Positions 17,195 to 29,495 of a stretch of DNA of 32,000 nucleotides are shown here, piece by piece. The notes under the pieces were generated by a model. The model searched no databases, was not told where the DNA came from, and saw only the letters and a program-made list of their open reading frames with translations. Position 1 is the first letter of the stretch; every line of letters begins with the position of its first letter. The translations under genes and the position numbers were made by a program. Source of the DNA: Pseudodesulfovibrio mercurii (GTDB taxonomy: Bacteria > Desulfobacterota > Desulfovibrionia > Desulfovibrionales > Desulfovibrionaceae); the NCBI RefSeq assembly GCF_000189295.2, contig NC_016803.1, forward strand, positions 3,420,001 to 3,452,000, in the 5' to 3' direction.

Positions 17195-20100
17195 CTAGCT
17201 CCACCTTATCAATCTGGGGTCGCACTTGCTTGCCAACCCCGGATGCGTCGGGAGGACGCGGACGCCGTAGCGCACGAGCCCGGACTCGGCCGGGCTGTAG
17301 GTGGCCCGGTAGAGCAGGGTGGAGCCCTCGGTGTGCTTGAGCTGCATGGGGATGCAGTCCACCACGGTCTCCTCGTCCGGGGTGGCGGCCACGAATTCGA
17401 CCACGATCTCCTCGGTCAGCAGCTGGCCCCGGTCCACCTTGGCCGAGACCGTCAGCCGGTTGCCCAGGCGGAAGACGTCGCCGCTGATGCCCTCCACCTT
17501 GACCTCCTTGATGTTCACGGTGGCGAAGCGGCCGGGGATGCGCGTGCGCCATTCGCCCAGGCCCAGGGCCAGTTCGTTGTTGTTCTTGGCGCGCAGCTTG
17601 GACAGCTCTATGGCGGGCAGGTACATGTCGTCGATGTAGTCCCGGACCATGCGGTGGGTGCCATACTGGCGGAAGGCGGTCTGCATGGACGCCTTCATGC
17701 GTTGCAGCCAGGCGTGGGGCACGCCGTCGCCGCCCCGGTCGTAGAACTCGGGGACCACCTCGGATTCCAGGGTGGCGTACAGGTTGTCCGCGTCCACGAT
17801 GTCCTGGTTGACCTGGCTCTGGTAGACCAGGCCGCTGCCCACGGCCCAGCCGTTGGTACCGTCGAAGGCCTCGTCCCACCAGCCGTCCAGGATGGAGCAG
17901 TTGGGCACGCCGTTGACCGCGGCCTTCATGCCGCTGGTGCCGCTGGCCTCCATGAGCCGGGTGGGGTTGTTCAGCCAGACGTCCGCGCCGGACACGAGCA
18001 GCCGCGCCAGGCGGATGTCGTAGCTCTCCAGGAAGATGACCCGGCCCAGGAAGTCGTCCTGCTTGGCCAGCCGGCAGATGAGGTTGATGTAGCTCGCGCC
18101 CATGGTGTCGGCCGGGTGGGCCTTGCCCGCGAAGATGATGTTCACCGGGCGATCGGCCTTGGTCAGGATCTCCTTGATCCGCTGGAGGTTGTGGAAGATC
18201 AGGGTGGGCCGCTTGTAGGCCGTGCAACGCCGCGCGAAGCACAGGGTCAGGTGGTCCGGGTTGAGCTCGTTCAGGAAGGCGTGCAGCCGGTTGGGCGGTT
18301 CGCCCTCGCGGGTCCACTGGGCGGCGATGGAGCGGCGCACCTCGTCATAGAGGCGGTGCTTGAGGGCCACGTGGGTGTCCCACAGCCGCCGGTCGTCCAG
18401 GCCGTCCAGGCAGCCCCAGTCGGTCTTTTCCAGGAGCTGGCGGTGTACGGACATGCTGCACGACTCCTCGATGTCGTGGCGGACGCGCTCGTCCAGCCAG
18501 GAGGTGATGTGCACGCCGTTGGTCACGTGGCCCACCGGGACCTCGCTCAGGATGAAGCCGCGCCACAGATCCTGCCACATGCGCCGGGACACGTCGCCGT
18601 GCAGGCGGGAGACGCCGTTGCGCTTGCAGGAGAGCTGCAGGGCCAGCACGGTCATGTTCAGGTGGTCGGCCTCCTCGGCGTAGATGTGCCCGAGGTTCCA
18701 CAGCCCGTCCCAGGGCACGCCCATCTCGTCGGCGTAGCCCCGGAAGTAGTTCTCCACCAGGGACTTCTCGAACCGTTCGTTGCCCGCGGGCACGGGGGTG
18801 TGCATGGTGAACACGGTGTTGCCCCGGACGATCTCCTTGGCCGTGGGGAAGTCCACCCCGTCCAGGAGCATGAGCTGGCGGATGCGCTCGAAGAGCAGGA
18901 AGGCGGAGTGGCCCTCGTTGAGGTGGTAGACCGACGGGACGATGTCCAGGGCGGTGAACAGCCGGATGCCGCCCACGCCGAGGATGATCTCCTGCTCGAT
19001 GCGGCCCTTGGAGGTCGGGTCGTAGAGCTTGGAGGTGATGTCCCGGTCCGAGCGGGAGTTCTCGACCACGTCCGTGTCGAGCAGGTAGAGCCTGGCCCGG
19101 CCCACGTGGACCTCCCATATCTGGGCGTACACGGTGCGGCCCGGCAGGTCCACGGTGATCATGACCTTTTCGTCGTTCCGCTGGAGCGGGGTGATGGGCA
19201 TGGTGGCGAAGTTGTTCTCGTGGTACTCGACCACCTGGTCCCCGTTGCCGTTGATGCGCTGGTGGAAGAAGCCGTTCTTGTACAGCAGGGAGATGCCGAT
19301 GAACGGCAGGTTCAGGTCGCTGGCCGACTTGATGTGGTCGCCGGAGAGCAGGCCCAGGCCGCCGGAGTAGACCGGGATGGCCTCGTGCAGGCCGAACTCC
19401 ATGGAGAAGTAGGCCACCGGGTTCTTCCAGGTGATGCCCCTGACGTCGGCCTTGGCGCTCTCGGCCATGTAGGCGTCGAACCGCTCCAGAACCGAGTTCA
19501 GGCGGCCGATGAATTCCGGGTCGTCGGCCAGTTCGGCCAGCCGGTCGCGGCGCATGGTGTCCAGGAACAGGACCGGGTTGTGGCCGCTCTCGTGCCATTT
19601 GTCCGCGTCCATCCATTCGAACAGCTCCTGGGAGTCGCGGTGCCAGACCCACCAGAGATTTTCGGCCACGTCGCGCAGCCGGGCCAGGGGCGCGGGCAGC
19701 TCGGTGACCACGGTGAAGGACCGCAGCCTCGGCTGGGTCGTGTTCACGCCCGAGAAGCTGATCTCCGCGCCGGGCGCGGCGACCATGCGCTGCACGCCCG
19801 CGATGCGTTCGGTGCGGATGTCGGCCGCGTACTCGTAGGCCTCCAGGTAGCGGGGATAGAAGTGGGCCCAGGTGGCCTCCTCGGCGATCTTGCGGGCCTC
19901 CTTGCTGCGAGAGACGCGCTCCTCGGGCGTCCAGCGGGTGAAGTCCGAGAGGTAGAGGGCCAGGTTCTCGCGCGCGGTCTCGTAGTCGTCCTCCAGCCGG
20001 TTGAGGACGTGCACGCCGGGGTGTCCCTGGGGGTGCCGCTCCATGATCCACTGGCCGAAGCCGGCCCGGTCCGAGGTCACCGTGGGCACGGCGAAGGCCG

Positions 20101-21433
20101 CGCTCTCCATGGGGGTGTAGCCCCACGGTTCGTAGAAGGACGGGAACACGGTCAGATCCATGCCCGCCAGGGCGTCGTAGTATTCCAGGTTGAGCACGCC
20201 GTCGTTGCCGTCCAGGTAGACCGGGATGAAGATGACGCAGCAGCGGTTCACGGCCTCGTTGTCCAGCTTGCGCTCGCGGCACTTCATGACCACGGGGTCG
20301 TGGTCCGCGTCGCCCAGGTGGTGGGTGGAGATGCCCGCGTACTTCTCGATGTCGTAGCGCTCCTGCTTGAGGCGGCGCCGGGCCTCGTCGCTGAAGCCCG
20401 CGTAGCCGCAGGAGACGAGCAGGAAGGCGACCACGGTGACGTCCTTGCCGGACTTGGCCAGCTCCTCGTTCAGGTCGCCCAGCCCGTCCAGGAGCAGGTC
20501 GATGCCCTTGTTGTGGAATTCGTAGCGTCCGGAGGTCGCCACCAGCAGGGTCTTGGCCGGGTCCAGGTCCCGTTCGAGGAAGTTGGCGGCCAGGTCCAGG
20601 AGCTGCTTGCGCGAACGTTTGCGGGTCTGGGCCACGGCCGTGGGGTCGGCGAACCCATCGAGGTTGAAGCCGTTGACCGTGACCACGGCCGGGTTGGTGC
20701 CGAGAAGGTTGGAGGCCTCGCGCCGGGTGATGTTGGAGACCGTGGTGAAGCAGTCCGCCTCGCGGGCCGAGACCGACTCCATGGAGTGCTTGGCCGTGAC
20801 CCCGTAGGCCTTGGCCTCCTGGGACGGCTCGATCTCTTCGAGCCGCTTGTAGATGTCCACGCCCGCCCCGGACATGGCCCGGCCGAGCATGGTGGCGTGG
20901 GTGGTCAGGACCGTGGACACCGAGGGCGCGTGCTTCTTCAGGTGGAGCACGCCCGCCCCGGACATCCACTCGTGGAAGTGGGCGTAGACGTCGGCCCCTT
21001 CGCCCACGTCCTCGCTGATTTCCTTGATGGCCATGGCCGCGGCCGTGGAGAACAGGACCGGTTCGATGTAGTCCCAGCCTCCGGCCATGGAATCCACGCC
21101 ATAGTCGTTCCACAGCTGGAACAGGAGCTTGTCGTGGGCCGGGAAGGCGTTGCGGAAGCCGATGAGCAGGACCAGCGGCTTGCCCGGGATGTCCCACTGG
21201 CCGGTGGCGGTCTCGATGCCCCAGGCCTTGAGCCGTTCCAGGGCCGGGCGGACCGTGTCGGGCGGATCGGAGGGCAGGAACCCGGGGTTGCGGTCGAGCA
21301 GCGGACCCACGGCCACGTAACGGTTGTCGAAGGCCGCCTTGGCCTGCGGGGCCTTGCTGCTTATGACGGTGTAGATGCCGCCGACCTTGTTGCACACTTC
21401 CCAGGAAACTTCGAACAGCCAGCTTTTATCCAT
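17195..21433 (-). CDS. Fusion protein: N-terminal GT3 (eukaryote-type) glycogen synthase plus C-terminal GT35 alpha-glucan phosphorylase (DUF3417-type)
   Basis: The ORF is a single uninterrupted 1412 aa. The N-terminus has LFEVSWEVCNKVGGIYTVISSKA and FPSFYEPWGYTPMES (an E-X7-E-type motif). From about aa 570 there is LPAPLARLRDVAENLWWVWH, then VAYFSMEFGLHEAIPVYSGGLGLLSGDHIKSASD, then the PLP-Lys motif EASGTSGMKAAVNG. AGGAG overlaps the GH57 stop 12 nt upstream of the ATG. Confidence 0.85.
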   Translation of the reverse strand: MDKSWLFEVSWEVCNKVGGIYTVISSKAPQAKAAFDNRYVAVGPLLDRNPGFLPSDPPDTVRPALERLKAWGIETATGQWDIPGKPLVLLIGFRNAFPAHDKLLFQLWNDYGVDSMAGGWDYIEPVLFSTAAAMAIKEISEDVGEGADVYAHFHEWMSGAGVLHLKKHAPSVSTVLTTHATMLGRAMSGAGVDIYKRLEEIEPSQEAKAYGVTAKHSMESVSAREADCFTTVSNITRREASNLLGTNPAVVTVNGFNLDGFADPTAVAQTRKRSRKQLLDLAANFLERDLDPAKTLLVATSGRYEFHNKGIDLLLDGLGDLNEELAKSGKDVTVVAFLLVSCGYAGFSDEARRRLKQERYDIEKYAGISTHHLGDADHDPVVMKCRERKLDNEAVNRCCVIFIPVYLDGNDGVLNLEYYDALAGMDLTVFPSFYEPWGYTPMESAAFAVPTVTSDRAGFGQWIMERHPQGHPGVHVLNRLEDDYETARENLALYLSDFTRWTPEERVSRSKEARKIAEEATWAHFYPRYLEAYEYAADIRTERIAGVQRMVAAPGAEISFSGVNTTQPRLRSFTVVTELPAPLARLRDVAENLWWVWHRDSQELFEWMDADKWHESGHNPVLFLDTMRRDRLAELADDPEFIGRLNSVLERFDAYMAESAKADVRGITWKNPVAYFSMEFGLHEAIPVYSGGLGLLSGDHIKSASDLNLPFIGISLLYKNGFFHQRINGNGDQVVEYHENNFATMPITPLQRNDEKVMITVDLPGRTVYAQIWEVHVGRARLYLLDTDVVENSRSDRDITSKLYDPTSKGRIEQEIILGVGGIRLFTALDIVPSVYHLNEGHSAFLLFERIRQLMLLDGVDFPTAKEIVRGNTVFTMHTPVPAGNERFEKSLVENYFRGYADEMGVPWDGLWNLGHIYAEEADHLNMTVLALQLSCKRNGVSRLHGDVSRRMWQDLWRGFILSEVPVGHVTNGVHITSWLDERVRHDIEESCSMSVHRQLLEKTDWGCLDGLDDRRLWDTHVALKHRLYDEVRRSIAAQWTREGEPPNRLHAFLNELNPDHLTLCFARRCTAYKRPTLIFHNLQRIKEILTKADRPVNIIFAGKAHPADTMGASYINLICRLAKQDDFLGRVIFLESYDIRLARLLVSGADVWLNNPTRLMEASGTSGMKAAVNGVPNCSILDGWWDEAFDGTNGWAVGSGLVYQSQVNQDIVDADNLYATLESEVVPEFYDRGGDGVPHAWLQRMKASMQTAFRQYGTHRMVRDYIDDMYLPAIELSKLRAKNNNELALGLGEWRTRIPGRFATVNIKEVKVEGISGDVFRLGNRLTVSAKVDRGQLLTEEIVVEFVAATPDEETVVDCIPMQLKHTEGSTLLYRATYSPAESGLVRYGVRVLPTHPGLASKCDPRLIRWS

Positions 21434-21445
21434 GGCTTTTTTCTC

Positions 21446-22648
21446 CTACCCCTGCCGCCTGTCCGAACCGTCCAGCCGGAGGGCGAGGTCGTTGAGCACG
21501 TTCATGTAGGTAATGAACGCCTGATGCGGGGTGTCGTACGGGTTGAAGTACTTGTGCACGTCGCCGTCGGAAAACCACTTGGTGCACATGTAGTAGAAAT
21601 GGTCGCTGGTCAGCAGCTCCCGCCAGGTGGCGATGATGTCCTCGTCCCCTGAATCCAGAACCTTGTCTTCCAGGGCGTAGGCCAGTTCGGCGGCCTGGTC
21701 CTGCATGGGGTTGCCCAGCCAGGCGGTCACGTCGCGTTCCAGGTCGGCCCAGGAGGTGAAGTAGGGCACGTCGAGCTGGGCCATGGGGTCCAGGTGCGCG
21801 GCGGCCTCGCCCGGGGTCTCGAAGACGAAGTCGTCCCGGGACAGGATCGCCTCGGGCAGCTTGCGGAAGAACTCGAAGATGCCGGTGTCGGCCCACTGGT
21901 GCTCGCCGATGGTCTCGTAGTCCATGAACAGGTTGATGATCTCGCCGCTGCCCGCCACCTTGTGGACCCAGTCCGCGTATTTTTCCACGGTCACGGGCCA
22001 CTCGCTCCACCCCCGGTCCGAGAAGCGGAAGGCCACGTCGTCGGACAGACGGTAGTTCTTGAGCAGGGCCTTGAGCTTGGAGCAGCCCGCGGGCTGGTAC
22101 ACGAAGTTGGGCGAGCGCCAGCCCAGGACCTGGTCCGCGCCCTCGGCCAGGACGGCCCGGTAGCCCATCTTCTCGATCTCCTGGGCCAGGTCGTTGCTGT
22201 AGATCAGCTCGGTGTTGCGGAAGGTCACGGGTTTGGTCCCGAAGAACTCCTCCAGGATGCGGCTGTGCATCTTGACCTGGCGGCGGAACTCCTCCTTGGA
22301 GAAGAGGAAGGCCAGGGAGTGGTAGTGGGTCTCGCCGATGAACTCCACGCAGCCGGTATCGGCCAGGGCCCGGAAGGTTTCCAGGACCTCGGGGCAGAAC
22401 TCCTGGAACTGCTCCATGGCCACGCCGGTGATGGCGTAGGAGATGCGGAACCTGCCCTGGTGTTGCTCGATGAGGTCGAGCATCATCCGGTTGGCGGGCA
22501 GGTAGCACTTTTCGGCCACCTTGCGCATGATGTCGCGGTTGGCGGCCTCGTCGCGGTAGTGGTGGCTGCGGCCCATCTGGAAGAAGGAATAGCTCTTGTC
22601 CAGCCGCATGGGCTGGTGGACCTGGAAGTAGAAGCAGACGGAAATCAT
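21446..22648 (-). CDS. Glycoside hydrolase family 57 protein (alpha-amylase-type)
   Basis: The start was chosen at the ATG 22648 (MISVCFYFQVHQPMRL, which carries the HQP region). Other motifs are GCVEFIGETHYH, FRNTELIY (candidate nucleophile Glu), MDYETIGEHQW (candidate acid/base Asp) and LTSDHFYYM. The start overlaps the upstream stop as ATGA. Confidence 0.8.
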   Translation of the reverse strand: MISVCFYFQVHQPMRLDKSYSFFQMGRSHHYRDEAANRDIMRKVAEKCYLPANRMMLDLIEQHQGRFRISYAITGVAMEQFQEFCPEVLETFRALADTGCVEFIGETHYHSLAFLFSKEEFRRQVKMHSRILEEFFGTKPVTFRNTELIYSNDLAQEIEKMGYRAVLAEGADQVLGWRSPNFVYQPAGCSKLKALLKNYRLSDDVAFRFSDRGWSEWPVTVEKYADWVHKVAGSGEIINLFMDYETIGEHQWADTGIFEFFRKLPEAILSRDDFVFETPGEAAAHLDPMAQLDVPYFTSWADLERDVTAWLGNPMQDQAAELAYALEDKVLDSGDEDIIATWRELLTSDHFYYMCTKWFSDGDVHKYFNPYDTPHQAFITYMNVLNDLALRLDGSDRRQG

Positions 22649-23931
22649 GCGCGCCCTCCGGTAAGTTGCCGGTACACGTCGAGAACCTTTTCGGCGGCCC
22701 GGTCCCATTGGATCTTCTTGAGGGTTTCCCGGCCCTGTTCAACCAGGGTCCTGGCCCGCTTCTCGTCGGTCAGGATGTCCTCGATCTCGAAGGCCAGCCG
22801 GTCCACGTCCCAGAAGTCCACCTTGACCGCGTGCTCCAGGACCTCGGCCACGCCGGACTGCTTGGAGACGATGCACGGCACGTCGAAGACCATGGCCTCC
22901 AGCGGGGTGATGCCGAAGGGCTCGGACACGCTGGGCATGACGTACAGGTCGCTCATGGCGTAGATGCGCTCCACGTCGGTGCCCTGCACGAAGCCGGTGA
23001 AGTGGAAGCGGTCGGCCAGGCGGAGTTCGGCCATGCGTTCGACCATGCGCGGGAACATGTCGCCGGTCCCGGCCATGGCGAAGCGCACGTCGTTGTGGTT
23101 CTCGAGGACCTTGGCCGCCGCCTCGACGAAGTAGTCGGGCCCCTTCTGGAAGGTGATCCGGCCCAGGAACAGGACCAGCTTCTCCTTGAACGGCTTCTTC
23201 ACGCGCAGTTGCCCCAGCCGCCGTTCCTTGGTCACGGCGTTGTGGACCACGGTGATCTTGTCCGGGTCGATGGAGTAGCGGTTGACGATGGTCTCCTTGG
23301 TGTAGTGGCTGACCGCGATGATCCGGTCGGCCGCCTCGAACCCGGCCCGCTCGATGTCGTAGACCTTCTGGTTGACGTGTTCGCCCGAGCGGTCGAACTC
23401 GAGCGCGTGGGCGTGGACCACCAGGGGCTTGCCCGAGACCCTTTTCGCCTCGATGCCCGCCGGGGCGGTCAGCCAGTCGTGGGCGTGGATGACGTCGAAC
23501 TTCTCGGTCAGGCCGAGGTGCGCGCCGATGAGGCTGTAGCGCACGATCTCGGCCATGAGGTCCTTGCCGTACCCGCCCTTGAAGTCGTTCTTGAGCTCCC
23601 CGAAGATGTCCTCGGTGGTGATCAGCTCGTTCCTTTCGAGCAGGGAATGGTATTCCCGTTCGGTCAGGTACGGTCGCAGGGGCGAGAGGACCTCGAGCAC
23701 GGACAGCCGTTCCTGGAGCTTGCGGATCTCGGTCACGCCGACCTTGGTGCGCAGCCGGTTGGCCCCGAGCAGGGTCAGGTGGCCGCCCTCCTCGTCGGAG
23801 TCCAGCCGGGGCAGGACGAACAGGATGTCGGTGCCGAGATGGGCCAGCCCCTTGGTCAGGCCCAGGCATGCCGTGCCCAGGCCGCCGGAGATGAATGGCG
23901 GGAATTCCCACCCGAACATGAGTACGCGCAT
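22645..23931 (-). CDS. Glycosyltransferase, GT4/GT5-like (putative alpha-glucan/glycogen synthase-type)
   Basis: The N-terminus is MRVLMFGWEFPPFISGGLGTACLGLTKGLAHLG. The C-terminal motif is SEPFGITPLEAMVFDVPCIVSKQSGVAEVL (GT-B E-X7-E). I cannot separate GT4 from archaeal-type GT5 by eye. Confidence 0.75.
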   Translation of the reverse strand: MRVLMFGWEFPPFISGGLGTACLGLTKGLAHLGTDILFVLPRLDSDEEGGHLTLLGANRLRTKVGVTEIRKLQERLSVLEVLSPLRPYLTEREYHSLLERNELITTEDIFGELKNDFKGGYGKDLMAEIVRYSLIGAHLGLTEKFDVIHAHDWLTAPAGIEAKRVSGKPLVVHAHALEFDRSGEHVNQKVYDIERAGFEAADRIIAVSHYTKETIVNRYSIDPDKITVVHNAVTKERRLGQLRVKKPFKEKLVLFLGRITFQKGPDYFVEAAAKVLENHNDVRFAMAGTGDMFPRMVERMAELRLADRFHFTGFVQGTDVERIYAMSDLYVMPSVSEPFGITPLEAMVFDVPCIVSKQSGVAEVLEHAVKVDFWDVDRLAFEIEDILTDEKRARTLVEQGRETLKKIQWDRAAEKVLDVYRQLTGGRA

Positions 23932-23935
23932 GGGG

Positions 23936-25894
23936 CTACTTCTCCTTGAGGAGCTTGTTCAGGCGGATGGCCTCGGCCATGGACCACGCCTGGGCCACGG
24001 CGCCCTTGGGCGCGTGCGGCGGGTTGCCCGTGTACAGCTCCGGCACCGCGCTGATGCAGAAGTCGTCGGGAAATTCTCGCAGGATCGGCTTGAAGTACTT
24101 GCGCAGGAAGGCCTTGGTTCCGGCGCGGTCCTCGGCCTGGCGCAGCAGGGCCTGGCCGAAATGTCCGGCCAGCCAGGGCCAGACCATGCCCTGGTGGTAG
24201 GCCGAGTCGCGGGAGTCGGCGTCGCCCTTGTAGAAGGGCGAGTAGGCCGGGTCCCGGGGCGAGAGGGTGCGCAGGCCATAGGGGGTCAGCAGGTGGGCCT
24301 GAACCACGCCGATGACCGCGCGCATGTGGTGGAAGTCGAGCATGGTGTGCGGCAGGGACAGGGCGAAGATCTGGTTGGGCCGGATGCGCCGGTCCTGGCC
24401 GTGCTCGTTCACCACGTCGCACAGGCAGTTGTCGCGGTCGTTCCAGAAGCGGGTCGTGAAGTGGGCGCGCAGCCGGTCGGCGGCCTCGCGGGCGCGCCCG
24501 GCCAGGACATCGTCCTCGGTCTCGGCCAGCTCCAGGAAGCAGCCCAGGGCGTTGTACCACAGGGCGTTGATCTCCACGGCCGCCCCGTGGCGCGGGGTGA
24601 CCGGGCGGCCGTAGGCCTGGGCGTCCATCCAGGTCAGCTGGGTGTGCTCGTTGCCCGCCCAGAGCAGCCCGTCCGGGTCCAGTCCGCACAGGGGCACGCG
24701 CCCGTCCAGGTGGGCGGCCACGATGTCGCGCAAGGCCGGATAGACCTTGTCCATGATGAATTTCTTCGAGCCGCGCGTCTTGAGGTATTCCTGCACGGCC
24801 CAGAAGAACCACAGGGAGGCGTCCACCGAGTTGTAGGCCAGGTGGTCGGAGTTCTGGTCCAGGTAGTTGGGCAGGAGCCCGTCGCGGGTCAGCCCGGCGT
24901 AGGCGGCCAGGACCTCCTCGCCGAAGGCCCTGCGGCCGGCGTGGAAGGTCAGCCCGGGCAGACTGATCATGGTGTCCCGCCCCCACTCGCCGAACCAGTG
25001 ATAGCCCGCGATGACCGAGGCGAAACCCGAGCCGTTGCGGATTAGGAACTGCCCGGAGAAGTACTTGAGCCACTGCTCGGGCTTGCTGCGGTCCTTGCAG
25101 GCCGCGAACTCGGCCTCGCGCCGGGCGATCTCCTTCCTGCGCTGGTGCTCCAGGTTGCCGAGCGGCTCCACCGAGGCGGCGAAGATCACGGGCTTGCCCT
25201 TTTCCAGGACGGTCTCGAACATGCCGGGGCAGAACAGGTCCTCCTGGTAGTCGAAGCCGCGCGTGCGCTCCATGAGGTATTCGATGTTGTAGACCCACTT
25301 GGGGCCGGGGAAGAACTCCGAGGTCCGGTTGGTGCCCATGTACAGGGGCGGCATGCCCTCGTAGGGCTGGATCTTGCGGCCGTTCCGCTCGGGGTAGGAC
25401 TTGGGCCGCAGGAACATGTTCTCGCGGGTCAGGGTGTGGATGTCCCGGTAGGCCAGCAGGGGGCGCAGCCGCAGGGCGGGCTTGACGTTGCCCTCAAGCA
25501 GTTCATAGCAGACCAGCACGGTGTTCTTGCCGTGGATCATGAGGAAGGACTTGCGGATCAGGGCGTCGCCGATGCGGTAGGTCGTGGCCGGGTAGAGGCC
25601 CTGGTCGAAGGAGTCCACGAACTGGTGGCCGGTGGGGTGGTACACGCCGGGGTACTTGTTGGAGGAGAGCAGGAACTCCCGGTCGTTGGCCAGGACCGAG
25701 GTCTCCAGTTTGGAAAGCAGGACGAAGCGCCCCTTGGGCTCCGTCAGGGCCGCGACCAGCAGGCCGTGGTACTTGCGCGTGTGGCAGTTGATGATGGTGC
25801 TGGACGAGTACCCGCCGAGACCGTTGACGTCGATCCATTCCTTCCTGGTCGCCGTCTCGGTGTTGACGCACTCGTCTCTGGAAATGTGCAGCAT
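23936..25894 (-). CDS. Glycogen debranching enzyme / amylo-alpha-1,6-glucosidase family (GDE_C-type)
   Basis: The start was chosen at the ATG 25894 (MLHISRDECVN...). The sequence includes EWIDVNGLGGYSSSTIINCHTRKYHGLLVAAL, GYHWFGEWGRDTMISLPGL and AYHQGMVWPWLAGHF. The stop lies 4 nt before the GT4 start. Confidence 0.8.
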   Translation of the reverse strand: MLHISRDECVNTETATRKEWIDVNGLGGYSSSTIINCHTRKYHGLLVAALTEPKGRFVLLSKLETSVLANDREFLLSSNKYPGVYHPTGHQFVDSFDQGLYPATTYRIGDALIRKSFLMIHGKNTVLVCYELLEGNVKPALRLRPLLAYRDIHTLTRENMFLRPKSYPERNGRKIQPYEGMPPLYMGTNRTSEFFPGPKWVYNIEYLMERTRGFDYQEDLFCPGMFETVLEKGKPVIFAASVEPLGNLEHQRRKEIARREAEFAACKDRSKPEQWLKYFSGQFLIRNGSGFASVIAGYHWFGEWGRDTMISLPGLTFHAGRRAFGEEVLAAYAGLTRDGLLPNYLDQNSDHLAYNSVDASLWFFWAVQEYLKTRGSKKFIMDKVYPALRDIVAAHLDGRVPLCGLDPDGLLWAGNEHTQLTWMDAQAYGRPVTPRHGAAVEINALWYNALGCFLELAETEDDVLAGRAREAADRLRAHFTTRFWNDRDNCLCDVVNEHGQDRRIRPNQIFALSLPHTMLDFHHMRAVIGVVQAHLLTPYGLRTLSPRDPAYSPFYKGDADSRDSAYHQGMVWPWLAGHFGQALLRQAEDRAGTKAFLRKYFKPILREFPDDFCISAVPELYTGNPPHAPKGAVAQAWSMAEAIRLNKLLKEK

Positions 25895-26099
25895 GATGTC
25901 CACCTGTGGAAAAGAGGTTGTGAAGATGTGAGCTGCCCCTGGAAGGGGTATTTCCGATGATTCAAGTTGATAGCAAAACCCCGCCAGTTGCAAGGGAAAA
26001 ATGTCTCCATAACGGAATATTCGCCAAACGGTACGGAATGACGTGTGGAGGCGGGAGCCGGTCGTCCGGAATGGCCGCCGGACGGGCGGCGGAACGCGT

Positions 26100-29315
<3,216 letters not shown>

Positions 29316-29423
29316 AGGGTTACCGCCGATATCGGAAAAGCGGGAAAACACGAGACGCATTGGGTCTGCACATTGTTATGGCATTCTCCGCACAGGTCAA
29401 ATGATAATCCGATTCCGGCCGAC

Positions 29424-29448
29424 GGAAACGCGGCCGCGGGGCGTTTCC
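29424..29448. other. GC-rich hairpin downstream of the second RND gene
   Basis: ggaaacgc (29424-29431) pairs with gcgtttcc (29441-29448) around a 9-nt loop. There is no clear U-run, so its function as a terminator is uncertain. Confidence 0.3.
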
Positions 29449-29495
29449 CCACGGCGCGCGGCGGCGGTCCGCGATCCCGGTCCGGGCAGGGCCGT

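Noticed and set aside
17195-17260. The possibility that the phosphorylase C-terminus is truncated or that the gene reads through into the structured spacer.
   Set aside because: The frame ends cleanly (…DPRLIRWS, stop at 17195-17197). The total length of the phosphorylase half (~840 aa) matches stand-alone DUF3417-type phosphorylases as I recall them.
25965-25980. A sigma-54-like motif CTGGCGGGGTTTTGCT on the minus strand upstream of the debranching-enzyme gene.
   Set aside because: The GG and GC dinucleotides are 11 nt apart instead of the strictly required 12-nt register. I do not call it a sigma-54 promoter without experimental support.
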